From Candidatus Woesearchaeota archaeon (GTDB lineage Archaea; Nanobdellota; Nanobdellia; Pacearchaeales; GW2011-AR1): a stretch of DNA of 64,000 bases. The notes under the pieces are model-generated. The model had not been told where the DNA came from and did not search any database. It worked only from the letters and a program-made list of their open reading frames with translations. The stretch is taken from the NCBI GenBank assembly GCA_964493885.1, contig CAZBPV010000003.1:7831-71830 (forward strand). Reading direction: 5' to 3'. Below are positions 36,287 to 45,260 of the stretch, piece after piece (position 1 is the first letter of the stretch; the number at the start of each line of letters is the position of its first letter). The translations under genes and the position numbers were made by a program.

Positions 36287-36667
36287 ATGTCACAAGATAT
36301 TGTATCAGATGCATTGAATGTAATGTATAATGCTAAAAGAGCTAGAAAGGAATCTGTTTATATAAAAAGGATTTCTAATTTGTTAGTTGAGATTCTAAAG
36401 ATAATGAAACAAGAAGGGGCAGTAAAGAAGTACAAAATTAACAGCAAAGAAAAAAGCATTGAAATTACACTTGGGGAATTTTCTAAATGCAGGGCTGTGA
36501 AACCAAGATTTACAGTTGATGCAACTCAAATTGAAAAATACAGAAGGAGATATCTGCCTGCAAGAGACATAGGGATAATTATTATTTCTACAAATAAAGG
36601 ACTTATGACTCATATTGAAGCAAAAGAAGAGAATACAGGAGGATGCTTAATAGCATATTTTTACTAA
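36287..36667 (+). CDS. rps8: Ribosomal protein S8 (uS8)
   Basis: Family match. Start set at the Met after the S14 stop; the track ORF starts at 36251. Confidence 0.9.
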   Translation: MSQDIVSDALNVMYNAKRARKESVYIKRISNLLVEILKIMKQEGAVKKYKINSKEKSIEITLGEFSKCRAVKPRFTVDATQIEKYRRRYLPARDIGIIIISTNKGLMTHIEAKEENTGGCLIAYFY

Positions 36668-36668
36668 A

Positions 36669-37214
36669 ATGAGAAAAGAAATTATAAGAGAGATAAAAAT
36701 ACCTGAAGGAGTTGAAGCTACTTTAAAAGGGAGTAGCTTGACTGTTAAGGGCCCTGAAGGAGAAAACAAAAGGACTTTTGATACGAGAAAATTAATTTTT
36801 GAATTAAAAGACAAAAAAATAGTGATTGGGGATAAAAAAGCAACTAAAAAAGAGAAAAAGAGAATAAACACAATTGCCTCGCATATTGAAAATATGCTTG
36901 TTGGGGTTCAAGAAAAGTTTGAATATATTCTAAAAGTAGTATATAGTCATTTTCCAATTACTGTTGAAATAAAAGGCAATGAAGCCATAATAAAAAATTT
37001 TCTTGGAGAAAAGATAGCAAGGAAAGCTAAAATTCCAGAAGGGGCAGAAGTTAAAGTGAATAAGGAAATTATTAATATTAAATCTGTAAATAAGGAAATT
37101 GCTGGACAGGCTGCTGCTAATCTTGAAAGAGCCACAATAATAAGAAAAAGGGATAGAAGAATCTTCCAAGATGGAATCTATTTAATAACTAAAACTTGGA
37201 GAAAAGCAGAATGA
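36669..37214 (+). CDS. rpl6: Ribosomal protein L6 (uL6)
   Basis: Two-domain L6 pattern and cluster position. Confidence 0.9.
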   Translation: MRKEIIREIKIPEGVEATLKGSSLTVKGPEGENKRTFDTRKLIFELKDKKIVIGDKKATKKEKKRINTIASHIENMLVGVQEKFEYILKVVYSHFPITVEIKGNEAIIKNFLGEKIARKAKIPEGAEVKVNKEIINIKSVNKEIAGQAAANLERATIIRKRDRRIFQDGIYLITKTWRKAE

Positions 37215-37579
37215 CATTTTTAAGAAGAATCTGGTACAAATACTCAAAACTAGGAAAGAGAAACAAAAAGAAGAGAGTATGGAGATACCCTGGAGGAAGG
37301 GATAATCCTATGAGAGAAAAGAGAAGAGGATACCCTGTAATTGTGAGCAGAGGGTATATGACAAATAAGGAGACAAAAGGAAAAATAAATGGGAAAAATC
37401 CTGTCACAGTGAGAAATTTAAAAGATTTGGAAAAAGTAAAAAAGAACGAAATAATAATCCTGGCTAAAATTGGAATGAAAAATAAAATCCAAATTGTTAG
37501 TAAGGCAAAAGAAAAAGGATTAGAAATACAAAATCTAAATATAAAGAAATTTCTTAAAAAGATAAAGGAGAAAAAATGA
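37196..37579 (+). CDS. rpl32e: Ribosomal protein L32e
   Basis: Family match (WRYPGGRDNPMR). Confidence 0.85.
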   Translation: MEKSRMTFLRRIWYKYSKLGKRNKKKRVWRYPGGRDNPMREKRRGYPVIVSRGYMTNKETKGKINGKNPVTVRNLKDLEKVKKNEIIILAKIGMKNKIQIVSKAKEKGLEIQNLNIKKFLKKIKEKK

Positions 37580-37980
37580 ACTTAAGAAAAAAGAAAGAAC
37601 TTACATCAAGAATGACTGGAGTTGGAAAAGGAAGAATAGTTTTTGTAACCAGCAGACTAGAAGAAATTAAAGAAGCTATAACCAAACAAGATATCAGGGA
37701 TTTAATAAAAGAAAAAGCAATAATTATTAAAAATATAAAAGGAAGAAGGAGCTCGAAGAAAAAGATACATCGTTCAACAGGGAATATAAGAAAAAAAGTT
37801 AAAAACAGAAAAAGGAATTATGTTTTACTTACAAGAAAATTAAGGGGAATAATTACAGAATTAAAAAAGCAAGGGAAAATAAGCAAAGAAGAGGTAGAAG
37901 AAATTAGAAAAAAGATAAGAAATAAATTATTTAAGAGTAAAGCTCATTTAAAAGAATATCTTAAGGAGATAGAAAAATGA
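37576..37980 (+). CDS. rpl19e: Ribosomal protein L19e
   Basis: Family match and cluster position. Confidence 0.85.
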   Translation: MNLRKKKELTSRMTGVGKGRIVFVTSRLEEIKEAITKQDIRDLIKEKAIIIKNIKGRRSSKKKIHRSTGNIRKKVKNRKRNYVLLTRKLRGIITELKKQGKISKEEVEEIRKKIRNKLFKSKAHLKEYLKEIEK

Positions 37981-38465
37981 AAGTTTCAAAAAGAAGAAGA
38001 AGAGAAGGAAAAACAGATTATTTAGTTAGAAAAAATATTTTAAAAAGTCAGAGACCAAGAATAGTGTTTAGAAAGACAAATAGATATGTTACTGCACAAT
38101 ATGTGGAGAGTATTGCAGCCCAAGATAAAATAATTATTGGAATAAATTCAAAAATCCTTTTAGGATATGGGTGGCCTAAGGAAAATCAAGGAAGTTTGAA
38201 GACCATTCCTGCATCATATCTTATGGGATTATTAATGGGGAAAAAGATTATAGAAAAAAAATTAGATTTGCCTGTAGTAGATTTTGGGATGTTAAAAACA
38301 ATTCATAAAAACAAATTATTTGCATTCCTTAAGGGCTTAGGAGATTCTGGATTAAAAATAAAAGTTGATAAAAAAACCCTGCCCTCTGAAGATAGGATTA
38401 TGGGTGAGCATTTAACAAAGAAAATTAATTTCAATGAAATTAAATCAAAGATAGAAAAATCATAA
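37977..38465 (+). CDS. rpl18: Ribosomal protein L18 (uL18)
   Basis: RRRREGKTDY N-terminus. Confidence 0.9.
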   Translation: MKVSKRRRREGKTDYLVRKNILKSQRPRIVFRKTNRYVTAQYVESIAAQDKIIIGINSKILLGYGWPKENQGSLKTIPASYLMGLLMGKKIIEKKLDLPVVDFGMLKTIHKNKLFAFLKGLGDSGLKIKVDKKTLPSEDRIMGEHLTKKINFNEIKSKIEKS

Positions 38466-39283
38466 TGGAAGAAAACGAAATAACTGAAAAATTAGAAGAA
38501 AATATAGAAGATTTATCTGAAAAGCCAATAGAAGCTGATAAACTAGATGAAGAAGTAGCAATAGCAGAGCAAATGATTGAAAAAGAAGTAAAAAAAGAAT
38601 TTTTAAACAGAAGAAAAACAGAAGAAGAGAAAACAGAAGAAAAATTAAAAGCATGGGTTCCTAAAACTCAGCTTGGAAAAGAAGTAAAATCAGGGAAGAT
38701 AAAAAATATTGATGAAATCCTCAAGCAAGGAAGAAAAATCCTAGAGTCAGAGATAGTTGATTCATTGCTAAATGTTAAAACAGATTTGATATTAATTGGG
38801 CAATCAAAAGGTAAATTTGGAGGAGGAAAAAGAAGGGCTTGGAGACAGACTCAAAGGAAGAAAAAAGAAGGAAATGTTCCAACTTTCTCTGCAATGGCAG
38901 TAGTAGGGGATGAAAAAGGGCATGTTGGTATTGGAATTGGAAAATCAAAGGAGACTCTCCCTGCAAGAGACAAGGCTATTAGAAAAGCAAAATTAAATAT
39001 AAGTAAAGTAATCACAGGGGATGGAAGTTTTGATAGTGTTGGTGGAGGAGATACAAGTATTCCATTTAAGATAGAAGGAAAATCTGGAAGTGTGAAAGTG
39101 ATTCTTATACCTGCAGCTCCAGGTACTGGATTAGTAGCAGGAGACCAATTAAAAAAAGTTTTGAAATTAGCTGGAATTAAGGATGTTTATAGCAAAACTT
39201 TTGGAAGTGTTAGAACTACATTTAACTTAGTTAAAGCTTGCATAAATGCTCTAAATAAAACAAATAAAGGAGAGCAAAAATGA
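38465..39283 (+). CDS. rps5: Ribosomal protein S5 (uS5) with about 50-aa acidic N-terminal extension
   Basis: dsRBD plus S5 C-domain, with N-terminal EENIEDLSEKPIEADKLDEE. Confidence 0.9.
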   Translation: MEENEITEKLEENIEDLSEKPIEADKLDEEVAIAEQMIEKEVKKEFLNRRKTEEEKTEEKLKAWVPKTQLGKEVKSGKIKNIDEILKQGRKILESEIVDSLLNVKTDLILIGQSKGKFGGGKRRAWRQTQRKKKEGNVPTFSAMAVVGDEKGHVGIGIGKSKETLPARDKAIRKAKLNISKVITGDGSFDSVGGGDTSIPFKIEGKSGSVKVILIPAAPGTGLVAGDQLKKVLKLAGIKDVYSKTFGSVRTTFNLVKACINALNKTNKGEQK

Positions 39284-39696
39284 TTTGCATTATAAGAATT
39301 AGCGGACAAGTTGGAATGAATCACAAAGTAAAAGAGACTTTTAAGAGAATGGGTCTTTGGAGAAAATATACTTGCACAGTTATAAATCCTACAAAAGAAA
39401 AAATAGGGATGTTAAATAAAATAAGACATCATGTTGCATTTGGAGAGATAAATAATCAAACCTTTGAAGAAATTATTACTAATAGAGGGAAAGCAATAGA
39501 TAAAAAAAAGAAAATAGATGTAAAAAAAGCTGCAGAAGGAATAGCTAAAGGTTCAAAATATGAAGAATTTAATTTAAAGCCTTTTTTTAGGTTACATTCT
39601 CCTAGAAAAGGAATAAAATCCAAGAAAAATTTCCCAAAAGGAGTTTTAGGGAACCATAAAGATAAAATAAATGAGCTTGTAATGAGGATGCTATGA
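39280..39696 (+). CDS. rpl30: Ribosomal protein L30 (uL30)
   Basis: Family match and cluster position. Confidence 0.85.
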   Translation: MICIIRISGQVGMNHKVKETFKRMGLWRKYTCTVINPTKEKIGMLNKIRHHVAFGEINNQTFEEIITNRGKAIDKKKKIDVKKAAEGIAKGSKYEEFNLKPFFRLHSPRKGIKSKKNFPKGVLGNHKDKINELVMRML

Positions 39697-40169
39697 AAAC
39701 ACACAAAAGACAAAAGAAAACAAGGTATAGAGGAAGAGGAATGGGCACTCACGGAACTGGCTCCAGAAAAAAGAAAAAGGGCTCTGGACATAGAGGTGGA
39801 AAGGGAATGGCTGGGACAGGGAAGAGAGCAGACCAAAAAAAGAATCTTATCTTAAAATTATACGGGCATGGATATTTTGGAAAACAAGGAATAACAAGCA
39901 AGAAAACTGAAAGGGATAAAAGACTAAGAATTAACCTTAAACAAATAGAACTCTACTTAGATAAATACGGAAAGAAAAAGGGAGATTCTTTTGAAATTGA
40001 TTTAAGTAATTATAAAATACTTGGAGATGGGGAAGTAAAAGATAAGTTAATTATAAAAGCTAAAGAAGCTTCTGAATCAGCAATAAAAAAAGTTGAAAAA
40101 GTTGGTGGAAAGATACAGCTTCCAGTTAAAAAAATAAAAGGAGAAGTTGTTGAGGAATCTGCTGAATAA
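39693..40169 (+). CDS. rpl15: Ribosomal protein L15 (uL15)
   Basis: Gly/Arg/Lys-rich N-terminus (RGRGMGTHGTGSRKKKKGSGHRGGKG). Confidence 0.9.
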   Translation: MKTHKRQKKTRYRGRGMGTHGTGSRKKKKGSGHRGGKGMAGTGKRADQKKNLILKLYGHGYFGKQGITSKKTERDKRLRINLKQIELYLDKYGKKKGDSFEIDLSNYKILGDGEVKDKLIIKAKEASESAIKKVEKVGGKIQLPVKKIKGEVVEESAE

Positions 40170-40177
40170 GAAGTAAA

Positions 40178-41626
40178 ATGGACTTACGAAAAATATTCTT
40201 TTTAATTCCTGAAGTTAGAAAGCCTGAAGAAAAAAAAGTAGATTTTAAGACTAAGGCAAAGTGGACAATAATAATCCTTTCATTATTTTTTATTCTTGCA
40301 AATATTCCTTTATTTGGGCTTTCAGAAAATGCATTGTCGAGATTTGAGTATCTTGCAATAATCCTAGGTACAGATTTTGGAAGTATAATCAGCTTGGGTA
40401 TTGGACCTATAGTAATGGCTTCTATTATTCTTCAACTTTTAACAGGTTCAGGAATAATTAACATTGATACAAAGACTGAAGAAGGGAAAAAATTCTTTCA
40501 AGGAGTTCAAAAGATTTTAGTAATGTTTTTCATAGTTTTTGAAGCATTTATTTATGTATATATGCAAGGACTTCAAGCAGTTCCTGGTTTTGCTTGGATG
40601 GTGATATTGCAGTTGATATTAGGAGGACTGGCAATATTTTATATGGATGAAGTAACCTCTAAATGGGGATTTGGAAGCGGAGTAAGTTTATTTATTGCTG
40701 CAGGAGTATCTTGGAGACTAATAACAGGAGCATTTCAATTTATTGATACTCAAGGAAGAAATTGTCTTTTGAACTTTTCAAGTGAATCTGGTGCAGCTTG
40801 TTCTGGGAAAGTATTAATTTTAATACAATCACTTGTTTTAGCAAATAGCACAGCATTTTTATCTGCTGCTGCAGCTATAACAACCACAATACTAATTTTC
40901 TTACTTGTTGTCTGGGCTCAATCACTTAAAGTAGAAATCCCTCTTTCATTTGGAAGAATTAGAGGATATAGTGTTAAATGGCCTCTTGCATTTTTTTATG
41001 CTTCAGTTATTCCAGTAATTTTAACTGCTGCATTGGTGGCAAATATTCAATTATTTGGAAGTTTAGTTGAGAATGCTGCTGCTCCGTGCTTAATAGAGGG
41101 AGGAGTTTGTACTGGATTTGCTAAAGTGGTTTCATACTTTAATTTCCTAGGGCATTTTGTTAATGGACAGGCAGTTTCAGGTTTTGCTTTTTGGATTGGT
41201 TCAACAAATTTGCTGGAATTAACAATTAGAGGAGGATTTAGCTGGATTCTTTTATTACAAGGAGTAACTCATACGCTTTTCTTTATGCTTTTCTCTACAA
41301 TATTTGCTGTTTTCTGGGTTAAAACTTCTGGAATGGATTCTAAAACACAAGCACAAAATATTGCTTCATCAGGTTTACAAGTTGCAGGATTTAGGCAGGA
41401 TATAAGGATTTTGGAAAGTATCCTTGAAAGATATATTCTTCCATTAACAATAATGGGTGGATTAGCAATAGGATTCCTAGCATCAATTACAAATCTTCTT
41501 GGAGCACTAGTTTCTGGTACAGCAATTCTTTTAGTGATAATGATAATGTTCCAGATGTATCAGAACATTGCACAGCAACATGAAGCAGATATGAATCCTG
41601 CACTAAGAAAATTCATGGGTGGTTAA
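40178..41626 (+). CDS. secY: Preprotein translocase SecY (Sec61 alpha)
   Basis: 10 TM, 482 aa, follows L15 as in all archaea. Confidence 0.95.
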   Translation: MDLRKIFFLIPEVRKPEEKKVDFKTKAKWTIIILSLFFILANIPLFGLSENALSRFEYLAIILGTDFGSIISLGIGPIVMASIILQLLTGSGIINIDTKTEEGKKFFQGVQKILVMFFIVFEAFIYVYMQGLQAVPGFAWMVILQLILGGLAIFYMDEVTSKWGFGSGVSLFIAAGVSWRLITGAFQFIDTQGRNCLLNFSSESGAACSGKVLILIQSLVLANSTAFLSAAAAITTTILIFLLVVWAQSLKVEIPLSFGRIRGYSVKWPLAFFYASVIPVILTAALVANIQLFGSLVENAAAPCLIEGGVCTGFAKVVSYFNFLGHFVNGQAVSGFAFWIGSTNLLELTIRGGFSWILLLQGVTHTLFFMLFSTIFAVFWVKTSGMDSKTQAQNIASSGLQVAGFRQDIRILESILERYILPLTIMGGLAIGFLASITNLLGALVSGTAILLVIMIMFQMYQNIAQQHEADMNPALRKFMGG

Positions 41627-41648
41627 GGTTTAAAAAAGATGTTTTCTT

Positions 41649-42056
41649 TTGTCAAGTATGGTTATTAAAGAATGGATGGTTGCTAATCCTAAATTAAGTG
41701 TGATTGTTTTAGCATTTTTAGTTACCTTAGTTATGACTCTAGTAACTAAGTTCCTTACAAATCAGCCAAAGATGAGGGAGCTTAAAGACAAGCAAAAACA
41801 ATGCCAAATTAATCTAAAAAGTTTTCCTCTTGGTTCTGAAGATGCATTAAAAGTTCAGAAAGAAATGATGGCATGCACAATGGAACTTATGAAACACTCT
41901 TTTAAACCAATACTAATATCTTTTATTCCTTTGATTCTATTCTTCTGGTGGATTAGAGGAGTCTATTCTACTGTACTCTCGGGCTGGATATGGTGGTATA
42001 TCCCTGCAGGAATTATCTCTAGTATAATTCTTAGAAAGATTTTAAAAGTAGTTTAA
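41649..42056 (+). CDS. DUF106-family (YidC/Oxa1/EMC3-like) membrane protein
   Basis: TM1, a cytoplasmic coiled hairpin, then TM2-TM3 topology, 135 aa. It lies just downstream of secY, the conserved archaeal position for DUF106. Confidence 0.55.
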   Translation: MSSMVIKEWMVANPKLSVIVLAFLVTLVMTLVTKFLTNQPKMRELKDKQKQCQINLKSFPLGSEDALKVQKEMMACTMELMKHSFKPILISFIPLILFFWWIRGVYSTVLSGWIWWYIPAGIISSIILRKILKVV

Positions 42057-42068
42057 GGAAGGATAATT

Positions 42069-42470
42069 ATGGAAGATAAAGCACAACAAGAAATTTTATT
42101 TAAATTAAGCATGTATGAACAGCAAATGAATAATATTGGACAGCAATTGCAAGCAATTGAAAAAGCAATAGTTGATGTAAGCTCTATTAATTTTGGATTG
42201 GATGAATTAAAAGGAAAAACAGGAGAAGAAATTCTAGCTTCTATTGGAAAAGGCATTTTTATTAAAGCAAAACTTGTTTCAGAGGAACTTATAGTAGATA
42301 TTGGGGGGAAGAATTTAGTTGAAAAAAGCATACCCGAGACACAAAAGATAATAAAAGAACAATTAAAAAAACTTGAAGAAATTAAAAGAGAATTAGAAGG
42401 TAACCTTGAAGAGATGAATAATCAAATACAAAATATAATATTAGAGCATCAGAAAAAACAGGGAAAGTGA
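42069..42470 (+). CDS. pfdA: Prefoldin alpha subunit
   Basis: 133 aa, coiled-coil with two beta-hairpins in the centre. Confidence 0.75.
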   Translation: MEDKAQQEILFKLSMYEQQMNNIGQQLQAIEKAIVDVSSINFGLDELKGKTGEEILASIGKGIFIKAKLVSEELIVDIGGKNLVEKSIPETQKIIKEQLKKLEEIKRELEGNLEEMNNQIQNIILEHQKKQGK

Positions 42471-43325
42471 TTAAAACTTTTTCAAAAAATTATTATAACT
42501 TAAAACTCCTAGTTCAGAAACAATTGCATGAATATAATTCTTAGGAACAAATTCAAAAGCTGGATTTTTTATCTTAATGTTTTTTGGAGCTTTGTCCCAG
42601 ACTTCATTTAATCCTCTTTGCTCAATAGGAACCTTGCTTTTTGTAAATTTCCAAGAGTCTGCAATTATATATACTGGAATTTTATTTATTTTAGATATCT
42701 GAGCAATTAATTTGCTTCCAACCTTATTTATAATTCCTTTTTTTGTTAAGGCATCTGCACCTAAAAAAACCTTATCAACTTTTTTTGTTCCTTGTTCTTT
42801 TCCTAGTGCAATTCCCAAGGCAGAATCAATAAACATTGTTACTTTTATCCCTGCTTTTCTTAGTTCTTTTGCAGTTTTTCTTCCTTGGTATAATGGACGA
42901 GTTTCTGTATTATAAACTTCAAATCTTTTTCCTTTTTTCTTTGAGTAAACAAGAGCATTGGAAACATTTGTGGAGTGGCAGTGAGTAAAGATTACATCAT
43001 TATTTTTTATTAATTTTAGGATATTTTTATTTATCTTATTTTGAGCATCATCAAAATGGTTTAGTATTTTTTTATAAGATTCTTTATCAGCCATTTCCAG
43101 TATATTTTTCATCATTGGTTCAGTTGGACGAGAAGAGAGAAGTCTTTGTTTTGATTTTTTAGTTGGAATTAAATGATATGCCTTTAAAGCATTTTTTGCA
43201 ATACTCCTTGCACCCTGGATTTTAATTCTCTTAATATCCTGAACTATGCTCTCAAACCTCTTTTGTTTGTTCATGTAAGGATAAATAACCCAAACTTTAA
43301 AAAACCTCTGAAACTTTAATAGCAA
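42471..43325 (-). CDS. eIF-2B alpha/beta/delta-like family protein, candidate ribose-1,5-bisphosphate isomerase
   Basis: IF-2B family motifs (TETRPLYQGRKTAKELRKAGIKVTMFIDSA, VFLGADAL). The true start is probably Met18 (43274). An AMP phosphorylase is in the window. Confidence 0.65.
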   Translation of the reverse strand: MLLKFQRFFKVWVIYPYMNKQKRFESIVQDIKRIKIQGARSIAKNALKAYHLIPTKKSKQRLLSSRPTEPMMKNILEMADKESYKKILNHFDDAQNKINKNILKLIKNNDVIFTHCHSTNVSNALVYSKKKGKRFEVYNTETRPLYQGRKTAKELRKAGIKVTMFIDSALGIALGKEQGTKKVDKVFLGADALTKKGIINKVGSKLIAQISKINKIPVYIIADSWKFTKSKVPIEQRGLNEVWDKAPKNIKIKNPAFEFVPKNYIHAIVSELGVLSYNNFLKKF

Positions 43326-44186
43326 ATGCTAGAGATGTTAATTAATCCACGGGAAGGTGAAAAAGGGCCGTGGAAAATGTTTTTTGTGGGATTAGTTTAT
43401 GCAACACTTTCCTTGTTGCTAGTAAACTGGTTTTTTTCAGCAGATGCTGTACTTTCAAGATTCTCTGGGTTAATTGTTGTTACTTTTTGTGTTATGTTTT
43501 CACTACCATTTATGTATTTTATAATTAATATAGAAGAAAAAGAAGATGAGGAAGTTGAGGGATTTTGGGGAGTATGGAAGGCTCACAATGATGCTATGCT
43601 TGCATTTTTATGGCTTTTTCTTGGATTTATAGTTGCTTTTGCATTTTGGTATATGGTTTTGCAAAATTCAATGTTATTTAATGCTCAGATAGAGACTTAC
43701 TGTGTAATAAACAATCCAGGAGTAAATCTAGATGATTGTGTTGCTAAATACTCGTTTACCAAGCCATTTCAACCAACAGGTGCTGTAACAAAACAAATTA
43801 GATTTTTATCTATATTAGAAAATAATGTTTATGTAATGATATTTACACTTATGTTCTCTCTTATTTTTGGTGCAGGAGCTATATTTATTTTAGCATGGAA
43901 TGCTAGTGTAATTGCAGGAGCAATTGGTATTTTTACTCAGTATCAGATAAAAGAGATACCCCTTGGAATCTTGAGATATATGATTCATGGATTTCCTGAA
44001 ATTGCTGCGTATTTTATAACAGCTCTTGCTGGAGGAATTTTTGGAGTGGGAGCCATTAGACACGGGTTTAGAGATAAGAAATTTTTAAGAATTATAGAAA
44101 ATACAATAATTCTCCTTTTTATGGCCCTAATTATCTTATTTTTAGCAGCAATTGTTGAGGTATATATTACTCCTCTTTTGTTCTAA
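43326..44186 (+). CDS. DUF95/SpoIIM-like membrane protein
   Basis: 6 TM with MIHGFPEIAAYFITALAGG, reminiscent of the SpoIIM/DUF95 HG.xE motif. Confidence 0.5.
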   Translation: MLEMLINPREGEKGPWKMFFVGLVYATLSLLLVNWFFSADAVLSRFSGLIVVTFCVMFSLPFMYFIINIEEKEDEEVEGFWGVWKAHNDAMLAFLWLFLGFIVAFAFWYMVLQNSMLFNAQIETYCVINNPGVNLDDCVAKYSFTKPFQPTGAVTKQIRFLSILENNVYVMIFTLMFSLIFGAGAIFILAWNASVIAGAIGIFTQYQIKEIPLGILRYMIHGFPEIAAYFITALAGGIFGVGAIRHGFRDKKFLRIIENTIILLFMALIILFLAAIVEVYITPLLF

Positions 44187-44223
44187 TTGAAAAATTTAAA
44201 AATACAAGAAAACAAGAGAGTAT

Positions 44224-45222
44224 ATGGAACCTTTGATATTTTCTGTAATAATAATCAGTTTCTTTTGCACTCTAATAATACTTCCATTTTGGATAAAAAG
44301 AGCTCATGCTGAGAAAATGGTTGGGAGAGATATGCATAAATTAGATAAAAGAGAAGTTGCTGAGGGTGGTGGAATAAGTGTATTGCTTGGGGTTTCTATA
44401 GGGGTTTTATTATATATTGCATTAAAAACTTTTTATTTTGGAATTGGAACTGAAATGACTGAGATATTTGCATTATTATGTGTTATACTGATTGCATCTG
44501 TTGTAGGAATGATAGATGATTTACTGGGATGGAAAAAGGGATTGAGCAAAAAATTAAGAATGTTTATTATATTTTTCGCAGCCATACCTTTAATGGTAAT
44601 TAATGCTGGTAGCTCTACCATGAGTCTTCCATTTTTAGGGGCAATTAATTTTGGGATATTATATCCTTTATTAATAATTCCTATAGGAGTTTTGGGAGCA
44701 ACAACTACTTTTAATTTTCTTGCAGGATATAATGGATTGGAAGCAAGTCAAGGAATATTAATTCTTTCTGCACTTGCTTATGTAACTTATATTACTGGGA
44801 ATGCTTGGTTGAGTATAATTGCTCTTTGCATGGTAGCTTCATTAATAGCTTTTTATTTATTTAATAAATATCCTGCTAAAATCTTTCCTGGAGATATTTT
44901 AACTTACAGTACTGGGGCATTAATAGCTTCAATAGCAATACTGGGAAATATAGAAAAAATAGCTGTAATCTTTTTTATCCCGTATATTTTAGAGGTAATT
45001 TTAAAGGTTCGTGGAAGATTAAATAAAGAGAGTTTTGGGAAATTAAATCCAGATGGCAGTCTTGACATGCCTTATGATAAAATTTATGGATTAGAACATC
45101 TGGCAATATACTTGCTTAAGAAAATCAAGCCAAGTAAAAAAGCATATGAGGAAGAAGTTGTTTGTCTAATCAATTTATTCCAAATAGCCATAATAATCAT
45201 TGGCATTCTATACTTCTTATAA
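44224..45222 (+). CDS. aglH: GT4-family polyprenyl-phosphate GlcNAc-1-phosphate transferase (AglH/GPT/MraY-WecA superfamily)
   Basis: Multi-TM with DD motif (GMIDDLLG) and NFLAGYNGLEASQG. Lies adjacent to aglB. Confidence 0.7.
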   Translation: MEPLIFSVIIISFFCTLIILPFWIKRAHAEKMVGRDMHKLDKREVAEGGGISVLLGVSIGVLLYIALKTFYFGIGTEMTEIFALLCVILIASVVGMIDDLLGWKKGLSKKLRMFIIFFAAIPLMVINAGSSTMSLPFLGAINFGILYPLLIIPIGVLGATTTFNFLAGYNGLEASQGILILSALAYVTYITGNAWLSIIALCMVASLIAFYLFNKYPAKIFPGDILTYSTGALIASIAILGNIEKIAVIFFIPYILEVILKVRGRLNKESFGKLNPDGSLDMPYDKIYGLEHLAIYLLKKIKPSKKAYEEEVVCLINLFQIAIIIIGILYFL

Positions 45223-45260
45223 AAATAAAGCTTATAAATAGAAATTTGTTCTGATTTTAG

